Positions 51,871 to 64,000 of a DNA stretch of 64,000 nt are shown here, one piece after another. The translations under genes were made by a program, and so were the position numbers. The stretch covers positions 214,272,001 through 214,336,000 of the forward strand of contig OX597814.1 of assembly GCA_951406725.2 (NCBI GenBank), in the 5' to 3' direction. Source of the stretch: Octopus vulgaris. Lineage: Eukaryota. Under the pieces are notes generated by a model. It saw only the letters and a list, made by a program, of their open reading frames with translations, was not told the DNA's origin and did no database searches. Position 1 is the stretch's first letter. Each line of letters opens with the position of its first letter.

Positions 51871-53160
51871 TCACAAAAGAGATGAGAAAGGGCTGCAAAA
51901 AGTAGAGAGTGACACTTTACTAGAGAGGACCTGTTTAACACATGCAAGCATAGAAAACAGGCACATGATAACAAAGGTGGCTATGCAATGGCATCAATTG
52001 TGCACCCACGTGACCTCAAATTGGTTGAGTCCTAAAAGAATCTAATAGAATGTCTTATGGTATTTGTTCCAGCTCTCTCCACTCAAATAGGTAAATTTTG
52101 CTTTTCATCCATCTAAGGTTAAGACTGACTTACCATCTACTCGCAATACTCTCCTACCCTGATGTAATCTCCAGGGATACAGGCATCCAGCAACAGGACC
52201 TCCATAATGCCATGATGGACCGTGAAGTCTGGTAAATTCCATTGTCTCGACTATGGTCGAACAATGATGATGATGAACAACTGGTACTTATTTTATTGAG
52301 TCTGAAAGGATGTAAAGCTAAGTCAACCTCAGCAGCATTTGAACTCAGAATATAAAGATCGTTGAAATGCCACTAAGCATTCTGCCCTCTTCGAGCTGAA
52401 TATTAGCCACATCAATATCACCAGTCTAGGTGGGGGTTACAATAGTCATAGATAATGCCCCTGCTGTCCTGATTATAAAAAAAAAAAAAATTAAGACTTC
52501 ATATCCTTTAATCTTTAATTCCATCGAATTGTATTTGCTTAATCTATATACTGTTTGAAGTAAGGAGATTATTTTGATCCTTCCATCAGTTACATCTCAT
52601 TATTTACTGAAGATAGTATTTGAGCTGTCAATATTATATTTTCCAATTCTTTTTTTTTTTTTTTTAACATTAGCAATATCACGGCATGATCAAAAATAAT
52701 AGTGGGTATAGGTTATCTCAGAAATTATTTTATTGATCTCACTGTCCAAGTATTTATTAGATTAGTTTCTGTTTCTAATTGCTTCATACTCTTTATAATT
52801 AAATAAATCATGGTTCCAGGTTCAGTCCCTGAGTAGCAACTTGGGCAAGTGTCTTCAACTCCAGCATTGCAAATATAGATTTGGTAGATGGAAACTGAAA
52901 GAAGCCCATCGTGTGCGTCTCCAGCCACTGATGTTTACATCCCTGTGACTTAGCAGTTAGTCGATAGAATAAGTATCAAGCTTAAAAAAATAAGGACTGG
53001 GGTGGATTCATTTGACTAAAACCCTTCAAGGTGATGCCATGGCTTTGTAAACGCATTTTCTTTTTGTGATGGTGTAAGAGCAAAAGATTTGTTCAGAGTT
53101 ACAACACACACTGTAGCAAACAAGTCAAAGACAAAAGGCATCCACTACATTATCATTTAA

Positions 53161-53351
53161 CCCTTTCCTTACTGCATTTATTTCGAGATGCTCGTGTTTC
53201 TTTCAATTAATTTTAAATATAACAAAGAATTTAGTAAACCAACCTGGTTATCATTCAGCCAGTGTTAGGAACATAAATTGTGACTAAGGCTTGGTGGAAG
53301 ATTTTAATTCAAAACATTTGTACTACAGAGCCAGTTTCAGCATCGAAAGGG
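53161..53351. mobile_element. piggyBac-type MITE family 2, inserted in a family C element
   Basis: TTAA at 53157-53160 and 53352-53355; reverse orientation of 29945-30164. Confidence 0.75.
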
Positions 53352-54044
53352 TTAACATCCACTTTCCATGCTGGCAAGAGTTAGACTGGAACAGGTAAGG
53401 AGAGGGCTACACTTGGTTCCAGTGCAATTAGGCACGATTTCTATGGCTGGATGCCCCTCTTAACACCAGCTACTCCGAGAAGGTAACAGGTGCTATTTAC
53501 ATGACACTGGCAACAGCCATGACTATTTTGGCAAGTGTTGCATATTGCAAAAATGTATTTTTGGTGATTCCATGTAACATGGAAGTCAGTCAATAGCAAA
53601 TGGTTTTCACTTTTATAGAATTCCATGACACAACAAAGTTTTCAGGAATGCAACAACTTTGTAACATGGAAGAAGCTTGTATTTTCTGCACTACCTACTT
53701 TTCTATTATGAGGAATCTTCATCTTCACCTAGCATTTGTTTTCTATGCTGGCATGGGTTGGACACTTTGACTAGAGCTGCCTGTCCTGGCATTGTTTCTA
53801 TGGCTGTGTCTAGGGAGAGTCATACTGCTTTAATACACACAACAGAATTTTAAACAGACAAAAAGGAACACAGCTCTAATAATGGACAGAGTTAACATCC
53901 ACTGACAAGGTTGCAAAAGCAATGAAAATTTTTGGAAAAAAATAAACAAAAATGGAAATTGAACCGGTGAGTGTTAGATACAGACCAAGGTATTCTTGTG
54001 GAATGTAACCAGATGAGGCTTACTATTCAACATAGCCCCTCTTG

Positions 54045-54325
54045 CAGTTTACACACTTCTTCCATCATTGTTGTAACTTTTGGTACCCATTGGTGAATAA
54101 GTTTTCATTCTGATGGTCAAAAATAAGTCATCAGTAGTAGATACATCGTTATCACTGCAATGTTGGTTCTCAGCCAAGTGATTTTTCCTATATTGAGAAC
54201 AGATGATAGGGCCAAATGGGAATAGAGTGATCAATTAGTCTAAAGCCAGTCAGGCACAGTAGCCATTGAAAGCAAGGATCTGTGTTGGGGCATTGCCCTG
54301 ATGAAACAAGACCCCTTTCATCAAT
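54045..54325 (-). mobile_element. mariner transposase relic
   Basis: Minus strand KGVLFHQGNAP (HDNA-like) and a YHLF segment; degraded. Confidence 0.5.
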
Positions 54326-55697
54326 GGATGCAAGTATGATTCAAAAATAAAATAAAAGCAAAGGTGAAAGAGCAACAAATAAAGAGAATTAGTTTTAAAT
54401 ACTCAGGAAAAACAAAAGTCCATAAGATTTTGAACCTACACTTTTTTACAGAAAGGTTAGACAAACAGAAAAAAAAGTGTCTAAAATGGTCTCAAGGCAT
54501 GCTGAAACAAATGGAAGATGTTGGTTTGAAGAACATGTGGCAAGGGAGACAACAATGAGCTAATATACATAACATTCAATGTCATTGTTCGAAGCTGGAA
54601 TGGATTGGATGCTTTGATAGGATCCAACAGGTTCAAGGACTGCATCATGCCCCACTGTCCAAGGTAGGATCTCTACTGCCTATCATTTAATAGTATGTAG
54701 CGGGTGCTGAGCTGCTAAATTATGGGGGTGTAAACATACCAACACCAGTTGTCAAGTAGCATGGAGGGACACAAGCATGTAAATTTGAAGTGGGTAGGTT
54801 TTTCAATATCAGTATATTCCAGTCATTCTGATTCCCCGTTATCTTCTCCATTAGCTTGAAAGTCCTGAGATAAGACCTTACCACTTTCTCTGCAAGCTCT
54901 ATTCACAGTTAAGAAATTAGCAAGTCATGACTGTGTGACCAGAAGTTCATCTCACCTACATGGTCTCTGCACAGCACACTGGATAAATGCCTTCTACTAA
55001 AGGCACTCCTGACCCCTTGGTCAGGAATGACCATGGGACTGTACCTAGAAACTTGTCTGTACAAGGTTGTTATAGAGCAGTTGCCTATGCATACCATCTA
55101 GGAAAAGGCTGATACAACTTGGCACCAGAGATGTAAACTAATTTCTATAGCTTTGTGAACTGGGGCAACATGAAATAAAGTATCTTGGTCAAAAACAACA
55201 CAGCCTGGTCTGGGAACCGAAGTCACTACTTCTTGATTGCAAGCCCTGTACTAATCCATGAACATGGGTTAACCAGTCTTCCGAGTGGATTTGGTAGTAA
55301 GAAAATGGAAAGAAGTCCAGTATATATAGACATATGCACGTGTTAAGAGTGCCTGTTTCCTTATCCAGGAATTACATATTTCCTGTGGATGGCATCTAAT
55401 TAACAGTGATTTATTAAAATTTTTCATGCTCTCAAGTTAAATGATTGTCATCAAGTGTAGTCTGCTGTGTAAAAGAAGTTTAAGAAACATAGATGGATGG
55501 TAAATGATATGCTTGCAACCCTTGTTAAGGCATTGCACACTAATTGTAAATAAGCTTCAGTAGAATACAAAGTGATGCTTGTTATGCATTTGACAACAAT
55601 CTGAATGCTAAAAGGATTAAACAACGGAAGTGTCTGACAAAGCAGCCTTCTACCATTCAACCAATTAAAAGACAACAACAGAATCTTGGAATTAATA

Positions 55698-55703
55698 TTT
55701 ATT
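55698..55703 (-). promoter_or_regulatory. RPL10A: RPL10A polyadenylation signal AATAAA
   Basis: 18 nt after the TAG stop on the minus strand. Confidence 0.75.
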
Positions 55704-55721
55704 CTTCTATCTCAAGAATCC

Positions 55722-55892
55722 CTAATAAAGTCTCTGAGATGGACCCATTGTTGATGTGATGTACAGGGCTCGAACATTTTGCCAATTCTTCTTCAGCAAC
55801 GACACCAAAAAATTGATAGCAAGACTGATGTTGGAGTACAGCTGATCAGGCTTCATCTTCACATGACCAACACACACAGATAGACAAAGCAC
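55722..55892 (-). CDS. RPL10A: 60S ribosomal protein L10a (uL1), exon 5
   Basis: [13 protein letters not shown]...[30 protein letters not shown]; ctAG acceptor; 171 nt. Confidence 0.97.
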   Translation of the reverse strand: MLCLSVCVGHVKMKPDQLYSNISLAINFLVSLLKKNWQNVRALYITSTMGPSQRLY

Positions 55893-56789
55893 CTAGCAAA
55901 GGAAAAAAAAAAAAAAATTAATAATCAATCAATTAATATAGCACCAACAAAGCCAGAGTCACTCGAGACTCAGCAACACATTTAAAAATATTGACTCATT
56001 TCAATATACAATAGCTATGAAGACAATACAAAAGAATTCTTGGAAGAAAATCTAATATTCTATCCATGAAGTCATAAATATGAGTGAAGACAAAGTTGCT
56101 TAAATGGCAGTGATAACAATGTAGTAAAGGAAAAAAGAAACTGAAGGAAATGAGATATTGTCAGGGGGAGGGGCAGTGGTGGTGTGTGTGGCAAATTTTT
56201 TTTGCATATCCATAATCCCTGACATATCAAATGTAGGAATCTTAAAAAAAAAAAAAAAAAGAATTATTCAAGGAGAGGTATGAAACTGCATTAGCCTCAA
56301 TGTGTAAATTAAATATACACCACTTTAGGAGAAACAAACATTTAATAATGTTATAAAGTTTAAAAAAGTGACTCAAATGTACCCCACCCCCAAATTTTTA
56401 ACTTTTTCATCCATTTATGTCTATTTATCCCTATCCATTTATTCATAAGATTTATTTGTCAACTAAATGTGGCGGTCCTATAGAAGACAGCGTTGCTTTT
56501 AGCCCTAGGAAGATATATCTATCTCTTTATACACCTATCTATATGCTTATTGAATTTAAAAGCTTCAGAACGTGGTTTCTTGCATATCTGGAATCTGTCA
56601 TCTAAAACAAAAATAAATTATAAAAAAGTTCTAAATTTAAAATGGGAGGGGGAGAAGAATGACCGTCAACTTTTTGCATATTTGTAGTCTGACATCTAAA
56701 ATGCAAGAATCTGAAGAAAACAAAAACATTAGCCCCACAAATTCATCGCTTTTGTCACTTTAAAACTTCAGAGTAATAATGAAGTGCTT

Positions 56790-57295
56790 AACTTTCCATG
56801 CTAGCAAGGGTCAGACGATCTGACTGAGGACTGGCAAACCAAATGGCCGCACCAGGCTCCAATCTGATCTGGTTGAGTTTCTACAGCCAGATGCCCTTCC
56901 TAACGCCAACCACTCTGAGAGCGTAGTTGGCACTTTTACGTGCCACTGGCACGAGGGCAAGCCAGGTTGTATGGGCAACAGCCACACTTAAATGGTGTTT
57001 TTCGCATGCCACCAGCACAAGTGCAAGTAAGGCGACGCTGGTAATGATCACACTTGCTGCTTTTTACATGCCACTGGCAATGATCATGCTAGGATGGTGC
57101 ACTTAGCGCCCCACTAGCATGGATGCCAACCATCGAATTTTGATTTCAATTTCACCTGCCTCAACAGGTCTTCGCAAGCAGAGTTTAGTATCCAATGAAG
57201 GAAAGGTACGCATAACTGGGCTGGTTACACCCTTGACATAGGCCACGGTCTCACTCGGCTTGCCAAGTCTTCTCAAGCACAGCATATTTAACTGA
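56790..57295 (-). mobile_element. Family C element in RPL10A intron 4
   Basis: ccatgctagc...gatgcccttcctaacgccaaccactc core. Confidence 0.7.
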
Positions 57296-57339
57296 TACAA
57301 TTAATAAATTGTTACATAAAGAAAGAAACACAAACTCAC

Positions 57340-57512
57340 CTTCCTCATTTGGAATTTAATAGTAGCTTTGCAATCCTCAACTTTGGACATTATAGACTCT
57401 CCATGGGAGATTGGTGTCGGGAATTTACCAGCTTTGTTCAAACCAGGACCAAGAATTCTTGGAATTTGTTTGATGAGCGAGTCGGAAGCAAGGAAAGCAT
57501 CATATTTTTTAG
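57340..57512 (-). CDS. RPL10A: RPL10A exon 4
   Basis: [32 protein letters not shown]...TIKFQMRK; 173 nt; AG/GTGAGT junctions. Confidence 0.97.
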
Positions 57513-57904
57513 CTGAAAAATGAAAAGACACAAAAATTTCAGACATTCACAGCCAATCCATTTTGCAATCAAAACCTATAAACATACCCTTGCAATATTG
57601 ACACAACATCCAAAATAAAGAACACAACTGATATACAGCCATAACCATCCAAAAAGAAAAACTTATAGGCCCTTATGCCAACTGCTACAATTCAAATGCA
57701 ATTCCAAGAGGTTTAAGTCCCCATACAAAGGATGCTAACAATACAGATGTGTTTTGTGGTGAATAACAATATTTTTTAAGATGCATACCCCCAATGAGAC
57801 CCCACCAGTCTGGTTAAGAATCCCAATAGTTGAGAGAACCAAGCCTTCAATCCAATAGATCTAGGTTGTTTCAGTCACCCTACACTACAAGCAATAAGAC
57901 TCAC

Positions 57905-58053
57905 CCAATTTTTTAACAAGTTTCTTATTCTTGTTCAGCTTCTTCAAAGCATCGGCGTCCATACATTCAACGCTGTTTGCCTTAGCCTCATCAATATGCT
58001 GCTGATCACCCAAAAGGCAGACCTTCAACTTGGGACGTGGGATATACTTCAAC
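57905..58053 (-). CDS. RPL10A: RPL10A exon 3
   Basis: [49 protein letters not shown]; 149 nt; AG/GTGAGT junctions. Confidence 0.97.
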
Positions 58054-59382
58054 CTGAAACAGGAAAATATAGCGTTATTAAAACATACCAGATCGATCGA
58101 TCACCTTGCATGACCCTCCATATCGAACTCCTATTGGCCCCTTAGTGCACCAGATCACATATGCTTGAAAACCACCGCATCTTAAATGCCAGGTGCGACT
58201 AGTTTTAGGCTCGTTAATTTCCTAATCCCCAACAAATATGGAAACACCATGTTCTTCAACCATCACGGATTTAACCGCGGTTAAATGGGGAATTAAACCC
58301 GAAAAGGGTGTGGGTGGATGCGATCCATGTCCTTTACGTCTGCCCTAAAACCAAAACTAGACGGCAATTTTCATAAGAGAAAAAAACCTACACGTGTCAC
58401 ATATTGGATTAATCAAGTCATCAACTTTTAAAGAATTTTCGTATTCCGGCAATGCCTAAAAAACGCACGTCAGTTGTGATATCTCATGTCGGATTAAAAA
58501 AAAAAAAGTTCAACAAACGAAACTCATGAAAGTTTGAAATAAAAAGACTAACGGAAAAAATGAATTCTCTAAATTAACTAATCAAACAATATTTGTGGAC
58601 TATAATTACATGATTCTTCGCACCAGATGCAAGAAAGTAAGTCTTTCATCCACATTCCTTTGAAAGTATTTCGTCCATGTCAACACGTGGCATCCCAGAT
58701 GGCAACTAGCTCATCTCGAACGGCAAACAAGTCCCCTAACACGACGAAAACTTCTGGTAATTAAGGTCTCTTAATAGCATAGCAACATCATCCAGTGCAA
58801 CGTAATGAGGTACTGCTACGCACTCGAACAGGTGCACTCTGAGCCCTCCGCTAACTTAATTGTTCTCTCTCATCTAAAAACGGTGTACTATAGAGATATA
58901 TACATCATAGAAAGCATAAACAGAAATACCAGCAACATCAGAGACGGACTCATTTTATGCCAGCATTAAAAATATATAATGTACATGGAAACAATTAAAG
59001 CTAGATAATTCGTCTACTCACCACAAGTACAAGTTCTGCTATACAGAGCGGTGCTATTTCTTTTAGAAAAAAAGAATAGGACCTCCCCATTTAAATTTAA
59101 GACCCTGGGTAAAGGTCCGTAAGGTTTAGAAAAACCCAACTACCTAATAAGTGACTTATAGGAGGCGATCTAACGACTTTCATTAAAAATAATTTGACAT
59201 AGTGGTAGGCAAATGAAGGATTTTTGCTAGCCTAGACATTTGATCATATACATCACACATATATATATATAGGCTAGCAATTTTTTCTATGAAATCAAAT
59301 AGGATAATTAAACTGTCGTATTGTTCTGCCTCCTAGGAGTCTCTTTTATAGGTCGAATAAATAAAAAGATTGCCGTCCGTAC

Positions 59383-59538
59383 TTTACTGTACCAGAAAAC
59401 CTCTTATCTTTTTGAGGGTCGTAGTTCTTGAGGGCGATTTGTAGATCTACGGATTCGGTAAACCGCCTCTTCTTTCTCTTAGAGAAGGCGAGCATCGCCG
59501 CAATTGCTTCCTGCAAAGTATCCTTCGTAATTTTACTA
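59383..59538 (-). CDS. RPL10A: RPL10A exon 2
   Basis: [12 protein letters not shown]...[20 protein letters not shown]; 156 nt; donor AA|GTACGG. Confidence 0.97.
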
Positions 59539-59809
59539 CTGCAAAACAAAAATAAAAATATATACGTTGAGGTGTAAGCAGCATCATTAATCCTAAGTAA
59601 TATGAATACAAATACTACGACAAATCGAGACGAGGAATGAATCATGTTCAAGCTAAATTATGAAATACAGAAAATAGATTTTTACAATAAATATATACAT
59701 ATCTAAATTAAGAAAAGATATATCAAGACTAAGCAATGACAATTATGAAAAAATTAAGTATTTTTAAAACAAGATGCATGAAATTGAGAGAAGCAATAAA
59801 TTTACGAAC

Positions 59810-59814
59810 CTCAT
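59810..59814 (-). CDS. RPL10A: RPL10A exon 1 coding part (ATGAG)
   Basis: ccagccATGAG|GTTCGT; total CDS 5+156+149+173+171 = 654 nt = 217 aa plus stop. Confidence 0.9.
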
Positions 59815-59833
59815 GGCTGGAAGATGTAGTATC

Positions 59834-59840
59834 GGAAAGA
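59834..59840 (-). promoter_or_regulatory. RPL10A: TCT initiator / 5'TOP start of RPL10A
   Basis: Minus strand TCTTTCC about 25 nt upstream of the ATG, as typical of ribosomal protein genes. Confidence 0.75.
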
Positions 59841-59870
59841 CTGATTTATCGTAAGACCGGCGCAATGATG

Positions 59871-59910
59871 ACTTCCTGTATTTTCGACAAAACTCGGTAA
59901 ATTCCGGAAG
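59871..59910. promoter_or_regulatory. Paired ETS/GABP-like sites in the RPL10A promoter
   Basis: ACTTCCTG (59871-59878) and TTCCGGAAG (59902-59910). Confidence 0.5.
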
Positions 59911-62900
59911 CCGAGAATTATTTAATTCTCTAGAAATTTCTCATTTTGTTTACTTCATTCAATCTCGCATTAATTGGCCTGTTTTGCAATTAGCTTCCTG
60001 ATTATAGTTATAGAGGAATTTCTAATGGGTGTTTGTTTTATATACTTATAACAAAGGCGTGATGTAATTTCAAGAAAGTATTTTTTTATATCTCGAGAAA
60101 ATTTAAGTAATTTATGCAATTTAAAAAATAAATTCTGATATATATATATATAATTTATAACGAGTTACAAGTAAATAAAATACATAGGACTTTAGTTTAA
60201 TTTTTTTTTATTTTGTATTGTTTAAATTAAGGAAATTGTTTATGAACTTTGTATACGTAGTTACGTCCCTTTAGCTTTTGAGTTCGAATCCCGCTGAAGT
60301 AAGACTTCCCTTCACGCTTTACAGGGACCAGTGTTGAAGCGATTAATTCCGAACCCCACTAAAAATTCGGGTTTTGTGTCAGTGCTAAAACTTATTTGCG
60401 TGATCGAGTGACAGACAGTATTAGTAGAGCACCGGACGGACAAAATGATTTGTGGTATTTAGTTATGTGACCTCTCGTTTTAAATCCCCAAAAACTCTGC
60501 CCCGGGGTCAAGTTTTCATTATCGTATCTAAGCAATCGATTTGAAATTCTATTAGTCCGGTACTTGGATCGGTAAAAACTGACTGCCCTCGCACTCAAAT
60601 ATATAACCTTGTCTCTAAAACTGTACACTAATTTGTCATTATTGAATTTATGAGCACAAAACAGCAACTTATATTTAATAATCTAAAATTTTACATAAAC
60701 GTAAACCACATGTCATTTTCATTAATTATACAAATCGAATTTTTCTGCAAATATTCAGTTTTTGTTTCACGGAATTAAATTATTGCGTGAAGAATTTTGA
60801 AAATAATTTTTTCTCGATTCATTTTTTTCAAATTAATTTTTAATTCATTTTTATCGCGAAAAAGAAAAATTTAGGGTTTTATTAAATTATTTAGCAAAAG
60901 GTCGCAGATATATGTAAAACATCCTCAAATGTCACTTCCGTATGTGTAATTGCGTGTGTATACACAAGTGTGTCTGTGTACACATAAGTGTGTGTGTATA
61001 TACATAAGTGTGTGTGTGTGTATATATACGCAAGTGTGTGTGTGTATCCACCACGAGATCTCGCAATTTACCGTTCACTGCATTAGCAGTAGAGTTGATC
61101 AGGGACTAAAATACTACTAAAATACCATGATACCTCTGCGAATTTGTCTTCAAACCTGTTTATTCGGGGGCGTTAATTTCCCCCTTACGTCCAAAATCTG
61201 TAAAATTGATCGAAGGTAGGAAACACAGAATCTACAACAGCTGACATTTTCGGCTGCATCTTAGTTCCAAACCATGCTTCTTCTATTTGGTAAATTGTTA
61301 ACCAGCGACTTTGTTGTTATTGCTGCTGCTGCCCGTCGTTGTTCGTCCCTTCAGCTCTTGCCCTCTTCTCAGCCACGGCTTCTGGCTTCTCTTTCTTCCA
61401 GTCTCCAACACTCATTTCCTTCAATAACGCCTCCCCAATATAAAACAAACTCTTTCTTTCATATTTCTTTGTCTTCGTGTGGTCACACAAACAACAATTC
61501 GGTCGTATTACGTCTCTCAGACTAGTTTCCTATGCTTTCATCTTAACGTTTCTTACTAATAATTTAGGTCCCTCCCACGACTCTTACATGATGTTCCTTC
61601 GTAAATGTTGGCCAAAGCATTCAGAAAATACATTACCCACTAATCAAAACAAACCATTGCCCATAACTGATACCCCTTGTGTAAAATTGAATTTATATAT
61701 TCCTTAATTGTTGTTGATTCTTCTGCCTTTATCCTTACTAATCCTGACTATATTATTTATTCCATGTTGTCCTATAATTCTACGAAAAGTGCTTTCATCC
61801 TTCACTAAATAAACTTTGAATTCTGTTCGACAAAAAAGAAAAAAGAAAATTAAAACGTAATTTGGAGCCTTTTCACTTTCTATAACCCCTAAGTATTTTA
61901 GTTTTCATTATATCCCGAATTATTAAATTAATAATCATTCTACTGTCTTATCTCCAGCTTTTTTCCCCTTTGCAATTTATCCCCCTAATTACGTTTTTGT
62001 CCATTCTGTTTCTATCGATTTTCCAGTTTTTACCCTCATCTTTATCGTTTCTGTTATATTTACTGTTTCTTCCTAATTCTCCATGAATATTTTAGTAGAT
62101 TGTACCATTCTTGGTAAACTTATCCTGGGTTTGGTAGTTTGAGTGTAATAATAATAATATGTGTAATAACGTCACTTGTAGCTTAGCCACTGGTTTAATA
62201 ATAATAATGATGCCCAACATGTAATTAGGAAAATTAAGATATGAAAATTCTAGGGGAAAAAAAAAATTGCTATTGTTGTCAAAATTTCTTCTTTTATAAT
62301 TCTTAGAGACATGGAAAGATCTATTTTCATCAACTGCATACATTCTGTAAATTGTTTTACCAAAATATAACTGTATTAAAAAGAAAGTGAAACAGTATTG
62401 TGTAAAAGCATCAAACTTAAATTAACACTCATCAGAAAGCAATTACATTCGATAAGCAGCCACCCGATTACACAGTGGTTTTACAAGTCCAATTAAACGG
62501 GGACCTGGTACTAAACAACTATGGTGACTGGAGACAACAGGCAGCTCCTTCCAGCTGACGTGAGTTGATTTTTTTCTGTTTTGTTTTCATTCCTTACTCT
62601 TTCTACTTAATTCTTTTATTTTTTCCCCCCTATTAATTGTCAATATGGCGATATCTTATTTGACATTCTTCAGAACTGTCTAATTCTACATGAAATTATT
62701 GTTTTTTTAATGAATTGGAAATTACACCCATTATGCAAGAAATGTGTAAATATGAAGCAGACATTCACGTGCATGTGCGTGTAAAGTTGTAGGTTTTCTT
62801 GTGTTCTGCTCTGAGCTCTTATTAATCTACGTATCAAGATGAAATGTCAATAATCCAAGTTGTGTTTATTTATTCATTACTTTAACTGACAGTGGCATTG

Positions 62901-63213
62901 CATTCTATTCAGGCCGCAACCATTCTTCTTTTTATTTCATCTACATCTTACCTATATTAAACTTAGTGTTTTCTTTAAAAAAACCCCACAAAACCAGGCC
63001 CCTTATTCTCAATACATTGTTGACAGTTCTCTTTCCATTCACATGTGGTCATATAGTTTACGACATTTTAAACTCTTTAAGCTCATACTCAGATCCTAAT
63101 TGTTACTACACTGTATCTGTTGACCTATTAGTTTTCTCATATTACACTTGCTCTTATTGCAAAGTTAATACTAACATGGCTGTGACTAGATTTCATTATA
63201 TACACACACATAT

Positions 63214-63245
<32 letters not shown>

Positions 63246-63412
63246 TATGGTAAAAATAATTTTACCTTTGCCCATGTAATACAGTAAATGAATTAATTGC
63301 ATCGCAGTTCTTAACATTTTATGTATTAACTTTGTTGGGTACTTCACTAGCAGTATAATTGGATATATGTTATCCCATGGAGGGTTGAATTTGCAACCCC
63401 TATCTCAATTTG

Positions 63413-63443
<31 letters not shown>

Positions 63444-64000
63444 TTTTGTGTATATATGTATTAGTTTCAGTTCCTGTATTCTTTGTCCACCCCTCTTTTA
63501 TATCGCAAACCTTTACGTCAATATCTGCGAAAAATTTATGATGATCATCTTTATTGCCATAAATGGATGCATTCGTTTTAGTAATTTTTTAAAAACTGTA
63601 TAAATACATTCATTTTGGTTCGTATCTTTGGTTAAGCGCCTGGTAGAATAAAAAAAAAAACGCCTATATTATTCGATATTATTCATTTGTAATAATACTT
63701 TCATTTCAGTGGTAATATAGTTCCTGTTTTTTTTTTATATATATTTCATTTTCATTTCATTTAGTTATCTTAGGCTTCTCTTTAGGCCAGAACAAGCAGT
63801 ATATTTTTGTTGGTTGATGATAATTTAGTCAGCCGACTTTATGGCTATTTCTGTTTTTAGAGAAAGTTCTAAAACCTACCAATTCAGCTTGATATGATGC
63901 AATGCGTATTTGGAGAGGAGTTGGCTAAGTCTGCAAATACGTAAAAAAAAATCACGTCTTGGTTCAGGAGTTTCGTGGTCTCCTAGCAACAACACAAAGT

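Noticed and set aside
55893-59809. Intronic C/D or H/ACA snoRNAs in RPL10A
   Set aside because: No well-spaced box C/D pair or H plus ACA double hairpin found by eye; a dedicated scan is needed.

Overview
AT-rich, repeat-dense animal genomic DNA. The SINE/LINE families and microsatellite load look like Octopus (coleoid cephalopod); this is inferred from recall, not from a search. Two minus-strand spliced genes could be reconstructed by eye with phase-consistent GT-AG junctions. (1) A complete RPL10A/uL1 gene: 5 coding exons, 217 aa, 55722-59814, with a TCT/5'TOP start, ETS sites and AATAAA. (2) The first 5 coding exons of a NAALADL2/GCPII-family (M28B) type II membrane protein, 37636 down to 3157, continuing off the left edge. 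The rest is mostly mobile DNA: three tRNA-type SINE families, RTE, CR1, L1/Tx1, R4-like and HERO-like LINE fragments, Penelope-like elements, non-autonomous Helitrons, TTAA piggyBac-type MITEs, and mariner and Gypsy relics. The most notable observations: several type I hammerhead ribozyme motifs with palindromic stem III, one of them sense within the NAALADL2-like intron; a candidate unproductive-splicing (AS-NMD) autoregulatory module in RPL10A intron 2; a SINE family sharing its 3' tail with an L1/Tx1 LINE and inserting as TSD-flanked multimers; and several long fold-back structures. Repeat boundaries are approximate, and only representative SINE copies are listed.
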